Origin: an uncultured Parachlamydiaceae bacterium
GTDB taxonomy: Bacteria > Chlamydiota > Chlamydiia > Chlamydiales > Parachlamydiaceae
DNA length: 64,000 nt
Reading direction: 5' to 3'
Assembly (NCBI GenBank): GCA_963742415.1
Contig: CAVULX010000003.1
Coordinates: 352,001 to 416,000, forward strand
Notes under the pieces: model-generated
Seen by the model: only the letters and a program-made list of their open reading frames with translations
Told to the model about the DNA's origin: nothing
The model's database searches: none
Program-made: the position numbers and the translations under genes
Shown here: positions 1-7,712 of the stretch, in pieces
Layout of the letters: each line of letters begins with the position of its first letter
Position numbering within the stretch: position 1 is the stretch's first letter

Positions 1-2
1 TT

Positions 3-269
3 AATAAGGACGTCCCCTTGGAGGGAGAAGCTCGATTTTGGATCGTGATTGCCTTAAACCTTCATGAGGAAGCGTTTGGTGAATTTATTCACAAACTCAT
101 GGGCGATCGTGATTTTTACCAAAGTGAATATAAGATCTCTCTCAAGGGATTAATCAATACTTGTTTTGAGGGATTTCAAGAGCACATTAAGAAAGATTAT
201 TATTCTCGCGCAATGTGCTTACAAAAGATTGCAAAGGATTATATTAAGGAACGATCTAATAGTTTTTAG
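3..269 (+). CDS. 3' part of a hypothetical protein entering from the left edge
   Basis: The frame is open from base 3 to TAG at 267-269 and overlaps the end of the wzc-like gene convergently. No recognisable motif. Confidence 0.45.
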   Translation, partial: NKDVPLEGEARFWIVIALNLHEEAFGEFIHKLMGDRDFYQSEYKISLKGLINTCFEGFQEHIKKDYYSRAMCLQKIAKDYIKERSNSF

Positions 270-3240
270 AAAATGGCCACTGTTTCGATTGTGTGAATAC
301 AAAGGAAAGTGATTTCCCTTGAGTCCCTTCGCAAAGGTCGATAATCGGTTTTAATTCTTCAAGCGTTTCATCATTGACCGAAATGGCAACTCGATCAAAT
401 TGCTTAACAAGATGCTCCGCTTCTCCAGTCGCAGGATCGACGGTGCTTACAACAACAATCCAAGGGTATGTTTCTTGTAGTTTTTTGATGAGTTCTTCAA
501 AACGGGAAGAATGAACTAATTCATCCGAATAACGGGAAAAACCGCCTGAGTAAATTCCATCATACCATTCTTGTGCAAAAATCTTGGGGAAAGACGTTTT
601 CCCTTCAAGGTATTGCAGAAGACCGGGAAGCTCTTTTTCTGAAGCGGAGCATTCAAAAGAGATCGGCATTGACAATATCTTAGATCCGCTTCTGCCCAAT
701 AATGTGCATAGGTTGGCAGAATAATCTTCCCCTTTGTTAATCAAGAGCAGCAATGTTTGGCTTATGCCAGGAATAGTATTAGAGCATAGGTGGGCGACTA
801 ATCTCCTAAGGACGTTCAAGTCTTCATCAAGAAGGGATTCACCCGGCTTCCCGCCGCAGGAATTGGATAGAACGCCTGCCACGTAGCAATGGGAAAGCTT
901 GAGGTTATCTTGCGTTGCAGGAACCCCTTTGACTAAGGCTTTTCCAATGGCAAAGCCCATGGAAGCGAACAATCCCAGCAAAGCCCCCAAAATTGTGAAT
1001 AACACAACATGAGGTCTGATAGGGTGGATAGGAGAAACGGAAACGTCCATGGGAGCAGACTGGGAAATATCTAAGTGCGCCGAACAGTTCTTTGTTTCCA
1101 CAATCCGTGTAATCTCTTCCATAGAGCGGCGGCTCATTTCCAAATGTTGATCGATCAATTTTTCGGAAGCCCATTTTGCGGGCATCTTGGCCATCTCTTG
1201 TTGCAGAATAAGTTGCTGTTGTTCGATCGCTTCCTTTTCCTGTTTGAGGCTGTTGATCCGGCTATCGATAAGGTCCATCAAGTGTTGCTCAAGAACGGAA
1301 ATTCTTTGATGAATTAACTCCAGCTGAACATTTTGGAGAGATAGAATTTTCTCTTGATACAGATTTTTGCGCTGATTGATCAGCTGCATTGTTTGCGCGA
1401 TGTGCATCGACAAAAATCCCTTTTGCTGCCCTATTTCCGTTTTTAAGCGGTCGATCTCTCTTGGACTGCGATTTTCTTGGTCTTTGACCAAGAGAACCAA
1501 ATTGCTGGCTTTAGTAACAATTTCTTGGCTAACAGGGTCGTCAAGGATAGAACTCAATGAACTGGGCTCAAAATGGGGGTCTTTCATTTGGTCTAAAATA
1601 AACGCATAGTGCAGTATTTGGGCCTCGATCTCGTTTAAGGTTTTGCTATAGTTGATGTACAATTGATTGGCTGTAACCAAGTCGATCCCTTGAAATTCAG
1701 ATTGGGGGCATTGTTGATGGGTGAGTCTTTCTTGTATAATCTTCTCTTCAACATCTAAAAGATGGATTAAATTCGTTAAATAAGCTTTATAACTGGATAC
1801 GCAAGCATCTAGCGACTTTTTTACTTCCCGCTTTTCTGTTGGAGGGGCTTTGTTAAAGGCTTTTTTGTATTCATCCACCTTTGTTTGCCATTCAATGACT
1901 CTGTATTTTGAATGATTCTCCAATTTAGCTGATAAAGGAAGGGGCGCAGGTCCCTCCAATGCTGCTAGCACGCGTTTGATCTCTTCAGAACAGGCTTTGA
2001 CATCTTCCAATTCTGCCAGTTGAAGATCGAAAGATTTTTTAAACTTTTCAGGATTTTCTTGATGGATTTTTCGCAACACGATATCGATAGAATCTGCTTG
2101 CTGCCTATGGGAGCGTATTTCATTTAAAAGTTGTCCGACGACAGATGGGTCTCCGGAATCAAACCAATACCTTTCGACAATGTCCCCCTCTTCTCGCCCA
2201 CGCAGGAGGCGGCGCAGTTCCATGTCAAGGAGAAGAAGTTTTTGGGTATAAGACTGCTGCATTTGAAACAGAAAATCAATCGTTGCCATGTTTGAGGATA
2301 GTGCTTGGGCATGCTCTTCCATCATCGTTTTTAATTTGGAAGCCGTTTCAGTCTGGCGTTGTTCCAAATAAGCGATTTGTTCTTTTACAATCTTTTGGTG
2401 ATCTTTTTTCAGTTCCTCTTGGTATAGATGCATTAAGACATTCAGACAATCGCTTGCATCCTGCCGGCTTTGATCCCTGAAAACCAATTTTAAAAGCGTT
2501 TTGTCTTTGCTATCAGTTGTGCAATTAAACCTTTTGCTAATCTTTTTGGCTGCGAGTGGAAGGGGATCCAAGGTCAACTTATAGACAATTTTGCTTAATC
2601 CCCCATCTCGGCTGCGGATCAGCTTAAAACTGTATGAAGGGTTTGAGAAAAGAACATTGAGAGCCCCCTGTCCGACCTCTTTTCCTTTTTGATCGAACAC
2701 GAGGTACGTGTCTTCAGATGTAAATTTGACCTTAAGTTTCAGGGGTATTTCTTCGCCGTATTTGACATCTGCAGCTTTGATGAGTTCTTCAGAGCTTTCA
2801 ATAACAGGCTCATGGATTTCCCTCAAATAAGCCCACTCAACTTTGAGATTGTTTTTGATGTTTTTAAAAGGGTTAAATGACCAGACATCTTTTCTGAGGG
2901 TCGCCTGTAAATTTTTTTCTTTGGCCACTTTTTCACTTAATTTTCGGGACTTCATCAAGGAAACAGCCGCATTTTCATTGGCATCACCAGACCCTGCGAG
3001 CACTGCTAAGCTTAAAGGTTTGCCCGAATCTGAAGCCGTTTTGGCTTTCTCCCTAAACGTAGCTTCCCCCTGATATTTCGGGGTACGAATTAAAGTGAAC
3101 ACCATGGCTAAGGCTGCGATGCACAAAGTCCAAAAGACAATTTTTGATTTTGATTGCTTCAAGATAAGAAGCATATCTGAAAACGTCACAATTTTCCGAT
3201 CGTCGTTTTGTCGTTGCATCTTTTTTGTTTCCCTCTCCAT
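256..3240 (-). CDS. Wzc/GumC-like polysaccharide co-polymerase with a degenerate tyrosine-kinase domain
   Basis: N-terminal TM followed by the PKYQGEAT motif, a long coiled-coil periplasmic region, a P-rich PIHPIRP segment before a second TM, and a C-terminal BY-kinase-like fold. Directly downstream of wza. Confidence 0.85.
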   Translation of the reverse strand: MERETKKMQRQNDDRKIVTFSDMLLILKQSKSKIVFWTLCIAALAMVFTLIRTPKYQGEATFREKAKTASDSGKPLSLAVLAGSGDANENAAVSLMKSRKLSEKVAKEKNLQATLRKDVWSFNPFKNIKNNLKVEWAYLREIHEPVIESSEELIKAADVKYGEEIPLKLKVKFTSEDTYLVFDQKGKEVGQGALNVLFSNPSYSFKLIRSRDGGLSKIVYKLTLDPLPLAAKKISKRFNCTTDSKDKTLLKLVFRDQSRQDASDCLNVLMHLYQEELKKDHQKIVKEQIAYLEQRQTETASKLKTMMEEHAQALSSNMATIDFLFQMQQSYTQKLLLLDMELRRLLRGREEGDIVERYWFDSGDPSVVGQLLNEIRSHRQQADSIDIVLRKIHQENPEKFKKSFDLQLAELEDVKACSEEIKRVLAALEGPAPLPLSAKLENHSKYRVIEWQTKVDEYKKAFNKAPPTEKREVKKSLDACVSSYKAYLTNLIHLLDVEEKIIQERLTHQQCPQSEFQGIDLVTANQLYINYSKTLNEIEAQILHYAFILDQMKDPHFEPSSLSSILDDPVSQEIVTKASNLVLLVKDQENRSPREIDRLKTEIGQQKGFLSMHIAQTMQLINQRKNLYQEKILSLQNVQLELIHQRISVLEQHLMDLIDSRINSLKQEKEAIEQQQLILQQEMAKMPAKWASEKLIDQHLEMSRRSMEEITRIVETKNCSAHLDISQSAPMDVSVSPIHPIRPHVVLFTILGALLGLFASMGFAIGKALVKGVPATQDNLKLSHCYVAGVLSNSCGGKPGESLLDEDLNVLRRLVAHLCSNTIPGISQTLLLLINKGEDYSANLCTLLGRSGSKILSMPISFECSASEKELPGLLQYLEGKTSFPKIFAQEWYDGIYSGGFSRYSDELVHSSRFEELIKKLQETYPWIVVVSTVDPATGEAEHLVKQFDRVAISVNDETLEELKPIIDLCEGTQGKSLSFVFTQSKQWPFSKNY

Positions 3241-3241
3241 C

Positions 3242-4285
3242 TCAATCTGTGCATATTCTATAAATGCCTATTCCCGTCTCTAAGCCTGTCATACTGGGGA
3301 ATAATTGACTGATAAATTGATTCCATTCAGTAATTGGCTTGGCAGAAACGTAAACGGTATCTCCCGGCATTAACAATAAACTATCATTCGGCAAGTGTAT
3401 AATATGTTTCCATGATAAAACGTAAATCTTGGGGCACAGCAAATTGCCGCGAATGACCTGGATATGATCTCTATCCCCAGTAAACGGAATCCCTCTAGCC
3501 ATCACCAAAGCCTCTCTTAAGGAAATGTAACCATAAGCTAAGTTAACGGCTTTAGGTTCTCCCACTTCCCCCATCATCATCACAGTGGCATCGGCAGGGC
3601 TTGCAATAAAAATCTTATCTCCCCCTCTCATCACGATGTTTTGACACATATCACCTTGGTTGATCAATTTATGCAAATCTATCGCGAGGGGACATCCATC
3701 TCTGACAACATAGCTCATAAAGAGATTGGCATTTGGAGCAATATGGGCCTTTGCAAGGACTTCGTATAACCGAATTTTGCCATCCACAGGAACTACAGGT
3801 GTCTGCACCAACCCAATCAAATCCACTTTGCGCGTCAAGCGATCTTTGTAGGTCACAAAAACTTCCACATCTTTGATATGTTTGTTAAATTCTTCTTGCA
3901 ATCGTTCACGCGCCTCGTCAAGAGTTAGCCCCCCAACGAAAACAGTTTGAATATCCGGTATCTCAACTTTGCACTGATAAACTTTGAATCCGCCAACAGT
4001 TTGATTGATGAATTGGATAGATTCCATGAGATCTTTCCGCGAGGGGTGATAAACAGCGATATTTAGGATGTCATCCTCAGCAATGACATCTTTGTACTCA
4101 TCCATCGCGTCTGAAGGCAAATCTTCGACTTCATATCCTTCCATTTCAAGAATTGCTAGCTTTCCTTGCCGAATTTTATAAGAATCAATGACAAATTCAT
4201 CAGCTCCCATCACCGCATAGTCATGGCAAGGGGAAGAGCAAGAGGCTTGAAGGATCAATAGACACAACAGCAAAAGTAATTTCAT
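3242..4285 (-). CDS. wza: Polysaccharide export outer-membrane lipoprotein (Wza/OPX family)
   Basis: Lipobox LQASC, polysaccharide-export motif (DDILNIAVY...VGGLTLDEARERL), SLBB-like segments ending LMPGDTVYV, C-terminal WNQFISQLFP helix. Confidence 0.88.
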   Translation of the reverse strand: MKLLLLLCLLILQASCSSPCHDYAVMGADEFVIDSYKIRQGKLAILEMEGYEVEDLPSDAMDEYKDVIAEDDILNIAVYHPSRKDLMESIQFINQTVGGFKVYQCKVEIPDIQTVFVGGLTLDEARERLQEEFNKHIKDVEVFVTYKDRLTRKVDLIGLVQTPVVPVDGKIRLYEVLAKAHIAPNANLFMSYVVRDGCPLAIDLHKLINQGDMCQNIVMRGGDKIFIASPADATVMMMGEVGEPKAVNLAYGYISLREALVMARGIPFTGDRDHIQVIRGNLLCPKIYVLSWKHIIHLPNDSLLLMPGDTVYVSAKPITEWNQFISQLFPSMTGLETGIGIYRICTD

Positions 4286-4430
4286 TACAAATTCCTTATG
4301 ACTCTATACACTATTGAAATGAATTGTGTATAACTTAACTTTGTACGAGTGTAAAGGTTTACCGATTTTATACACAAGTGAACTCAAAAATTGAAAAAAT
4401 AAGCCCAAAACTCAAGTTAAAAGGATAATT

Positions 4431-5285
4431 ATGGAATCCATTGATAAAGAAAAGGTTGTGAAATACTACGACACCTGTGAAAAAAATTACAAACGGTGGT
4501 GGGATTTAGATCGAAGTCTTGCCATGCATGCGGGTTATTGGGACGAAACGACAACAAACTTGCATGAAGCTTTGATGAAAGAAAATGAGATCCTCGCCAA
4601 AATTGCCGGTATCACTTCCTCAGACAGGGTTCTAGATGCCGGATGCGGCGTAGGGGGAAGTTCTTTATATTTGGCCGACCACTTCAAATGTCAAGTTGTC
4701 GGGATTACCTTAAGCGAAAAACAGGCCGAAACGGCTAGAAGAAAAGCCAAAGAAAGAGGATTGGAAAAACCACCCGAATTTTTTTCGATGGATTACACAA
4801 AAACTTCGTTTCCCTCCGCTTCTTTCGATGTGGTTTGGGCGATCGAAAGTGTTTGCCATGCTGAAAATAAAGAAGACTTCATCAAAGAAGCGCGCCGATT
4901 ATTAAAGCCTAATGGCAGGCTCGTTGTGGCTGACGGATTTCAAGTCCGAAATGAATATACCGAATCTGAAAAAAAGGTCCTCGATAAGGCTGTCAATGGA
5001 TGGGCTGTCAAGTCGATGGAATCGATTCCCAACTTTGAAAAGTTCCTTGAGGAACAAAAATTCAAAAATATCGCCAAGCGGGACATTACAACACATGTTC
5101 TTCCTTCATCCAGACGGCTGTTTCTGTATTCTTTCCCAGCGATTGGTTTATCTAAACTAGGGGAATTTTTTGGGTGGAGCACCAAGACACAAACACAAGA
5201 CTTTATCGGTTACCACTATCAATTTTGGGCTGTGCGCAAGGGATTGTGCCGCTATCTCATTTTTTCTGCGCAGAAAGAGGGATGA
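4431..5285 (+). CDS. SAM-dependent methyltransferase, gamma-tocopherol/sterol C-methyltransferase-like
   Basis: Motifs MHAGYWD, VLDAGCGVGGS, FDVVWAIESVCH and LLKPNGRL; AAGGA RBS upstream. Confidence 0.85.
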   Translation: MESIDKEKVVKYYDTCEKNYKRWWDLDRSLAMHAGYWDETTTNLHEALMKENEILAKIAGITSSDRVLDAGCGVGGSSLYLADHFKCQVVGITLSEKQAETARRKAKERGLEKPPEFFSMDYTKTSFPSASFDVVWAIESVCHAENKEDFIKEARRLLKPNGRLVVADGFQVRNEYTESEKKVLDKAVNGWAVKSMESIPNFEKFLEEQKFKNIAKRDITTHVLPSSRRLFLYSFPAIGLSKLGEFFGWSTKTQTQDFIGYHYQFWAVRKGLCRYLIFSAQKEG

Positions 5286-5305
5286 ATTCCTGAGTAAATT
5301 CAATA

Positions 5306-5335
5306 TTGCGAAAAATGGGAGATCCTTAGTACGAT
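5306..5335 (+). promoter_or_regulatory. Putative sigma66/70 promoter for tRNA-Ser(GCT)
   Basis: TTGCGA-N18-TACGAT about 20 bp before the tRNA. Confidence 0.4.
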
Positions 5336-5354
5336 ATTCCTTTTCATCATTTGA

Positions 5355-5442
5355 GGAAAGATGGCTGAGTGGCCGAAAGCACGTCCCTGCTAAGGACGCA
5401 TACCCCTAAAGGGTATCGAGGGTTCAAATCCCTCTCTTTCCG
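5355..5442 (+). tRNA. tRNA-Ser (anticodon GCT)
   Basis: GGAAAGA/TCTTTCC acceptor stem, anticodon arm CGTCC-CTGCTAA-GGACG, long variable arm, GGTTCAAATCC T-loop, G discriminator. Confidence 0.96.
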
Positions 5443-5445
5443 CAT

Positions 5446-5480
5446 AGGCTTTGGGACTTTGTGCCCAAAGCCTTCTTTTT
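5446..5480 (+). terminator. Rho-independent terminator after tRNA-Ser
   Basis: AGGCTTTGGG...CCCAAAGCCT hairpin followed by TCTTTTT. Confidence 0.8.
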
Positions 5481-5557
5481 GCATGGCTGTATTTTTATTG
5501 TTCTTTGCTGCCTTCACAACTGTTTTGCAAACGAGGTCATAAGCAAGGAATGGATGC

Positions 5558-6043
5558 TTATAATCCCTTGCTCGTATTGTAAAAGCTGTTCCCTGCTTTT
5601 ATAAACATTGCAGAGTCTGAGTGGGTAATATGGTTAATAGATTCGCTCGTGTAAAGAAGATAATTTCGTCTTGTGACAATCTTTTCATCCCAACAAAAAC
5701 TTATTTTGCCGCATTTATTATTCTTTATATTGTTTAAAGCTACCGAAAATTGCTCTGTCATTTTTTCAATCAAAGCGGCAAATTCAGCAATATCCGGCTC
5801 TTTTGAGTTTTGGCTTTTGACGAAATCACGATTCTTTTCAAGAGTACTGACTGCGGATTGAAAATGTTGCATCGTAAAATTATGTTTTTTGATGTTTATA
5901 ATAACAGTTGTAATTCCATTACATTGTATATTGATGTTTTTCTGAATATCAGCATTCGATCCAAAGTCACTTGCACTGAGAACAGGGAGATAAGGGAGGC
6001 TAGCAACGGATGATTCTGTTGAGGTCCCTGGAAAATTTACCAT
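5558..6043 (-). CDS. Hypothetical protein (161 aa)
   Basis: AAGGAG RBS upstream and an S/T-rich N-terminus; no recognisable family. Confidence 0.6.
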   Translation of the reverse strand: MVNFPGTSTESSVASLPYLPVLSASDFGSNADIQKNINIQCNGITTVIINIKKHNFTMQHFQSAVSTLEKNRDFVKSQNSKEPDIAEFAALIEKMTEQFSVALNNIKNNKCGKISFCWDEKIVTRRNYLLYTSESINHITHSDSAMFIKAGNSFYNTSKGL

Positions 6044-6300
6044 ATTGACTCCTTGTTTTATTGTTTTAAGCTTCTAATAATCCTACTAATCTTTTTTGTA
6101 AATCCAACCTCCAATATTGGGGGAAAATTACATGTAAGGTGGTTCTTAATCATATGGCTCGATGAGGCGATCGGCTTCACATTTGTCGAGGGAGTCGATT
6201 TCGCGGGAAAGATCTCTAACATCAATACCTCAGTTTCTTGAGAAATTGAACAAGTCAGTTGCATTGATAGAATTTATCACTATAGAGCCTTAACTTTACA

Positions 6301-6390
6301 TGTTCGCATAAAATGCATTTGTCATTATGGCGAACAAAACATAATATTTAAAATTGTTCGCAGGATTCATGATTTCATATTTAGCGAACA
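6301..6390. promoter_or_regulatory. Two tandem TGTTCGC-N22-GCGAACA inverted-repeat units (candidate operator)
   Basis: Units at 6301-6336 and 6355-6390 have identical 7-bp arms and identical 22-bp spacing. Confidence 0.5.
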
Positions 6391-6396
6391 AAAAAA

Positions 6397-7399
6397 TGTG
6401 GCTCTATATCTACATGGATTGATGAAAACATCTTGAATAACACAGCGTTTTATGGACGTATTTCATGGACCATTAATCTAAAGCCTCTACCTTTGGATGA
6501 CTGCAATCTTATGTTGGAGGCTCAGGGATTTAAAGGATCGATCTATGAAAAATTCAAAATCTTATCCGTTACCGGTGGGGTCCCTTGGTATATTGAGCAG
6601 ATCCAAGGACATTTCAATGCAGACGATAATATCAGGAAGCAATGTTTTACAAAAGGAGGCGCTTTATTCGAGGAGTTTGAAAAGATCTTTTACGAAGTTT
6701 TTGGCAAAAGAGATAAGGTTTACAGAGAGATAGTTGAAGCTCTTTCAAATGGATCGGCTGAATATGAAGAAGTGGTTCTGAAAACGAAATATCAGAGCAG
6801 TGGGCGATTAAGCCAATACCTAGCGGACCTCTCGAATGCTGGGTTCATAAGTCGAGATTATTCCTGGATATTGAAATCAGGCTCTGAATCTACAATTAGC
6901 AGGTTTCGTTTGAGCGATAATTATTTGCGCTTTTATCTAAAATATATAGCTCCGAAATATGCTCAAATAGAAAAAGAGAGATTTAAAGACGGTTCATTAT
7001 CAAGTATTCCCGGTTGGGAAACAATTATGGGTTTGCAGTTTGAAAATCTGGTTCTTAATAACAGGGATCAAGTGCTTAAACTCTTAAATATTCGCTCAGA
7101 GGATGTTATTGCAGACAATCCATTTTTACAAAAGCAAACAACGCGGCAAAAAGGTTGTCAAATTGATTATCTGATTCAAACGAAGTTTAAGAATTTATAC
7201 CTTATGCGAAGTTAAATTTTCTCGTAATCTTATAACGACAAAGATTATTGACGAAGTAAAAGAAAAAGCCATGCGACTCCAATTACCAAGAGGAGCAGCC
7301 GTCTTACCAATATTGATCCATGTTAATGGGGTCGCGAAAGGCGTTTTAGAGAGTGGATACTTTTATGAAATTATAGAATTTGGAGAGCTATTGTCCTAA
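6397..7399 (+). pseudogene. AAA ('archaeal') ATPase/DUF234-type gene, 5'-truncated and frameshifted
   Basis: Family-like sequence starts at CGSISTWI..LNNTAFYGR with no P-loop and an in-frame stop just upstream. Contains TGGVPWY, DNYLRFY and QIDYLIQ. An extra base near 7200 shifts LYL|CEVKFS...; the shifted frame continues to TAA at 7399. Confidence 0.85.
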
Positions 7400-7419
7400 T
7401 TGTCAGAATTAAGACAGAA

Positions 7420-7467
7420 GTCAGGCCTGACCTGGCCTGACCCCGATCACAGGCCTGACCCCGATCA
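7420..7467. repeat. Short GC-rich repeat cluster (GGCCTGACC x3; GGCCTGACCCCGATCA x2)
   Basis: Visible directly between two convergent genes. Confidence 0.7.
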
Positions 7468-7472
7468 TTGCA

Positions 7473-7712
7473 TTAATCCCCTAAAAATTTTATTTTTGCT
7501 TCTTGCAAAATTTGAAAAGCAACATCTATAGGAAATTCCCAATATTTTTGAGATGGGTGTGGATAGAATTGAATCATCATTTCATCCTTTTCTTGAGAAA
7601 TTTCAGCCCATTCGACATGATTATAATAAATTTCGCACACACACTTCTCTCGGTCAGGCAGACTAGCAATAACAATTCTGAAATTGTTTTTAGAAAACTG
7701 ATTATTTATCAT
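7473..7712 (-). CDS. Putative immunity protein for the Rhs C-terminal toxin
   Basis: Small ORF overlapping the Rhs stop (ATGA); IASLPDREK...EIYY...WAEISQE pattern. Confidence 0.75.
   Translation of the reverse strand: MINNQFSKNNFRIVIASLPDREKCVCEIYYNHVEWAEISQEKDEMMIQFYPHPSQKYWEFPIDVAFQILQEAKIKFLGD

Noticed and set aside
6058-6264. 68-aa ORF upstream of the 161-aa hypothetical
   Set aside because: Short, no clear RBS or motif, and overlapped by an equally weak opposite-strand ORF.
6301-6390. Two 36-bp palindromic units as a mini-CRISPR
   Set aside because: Only the 7-bp ends match, the spacer is 18 bp, and no cas genes are present.
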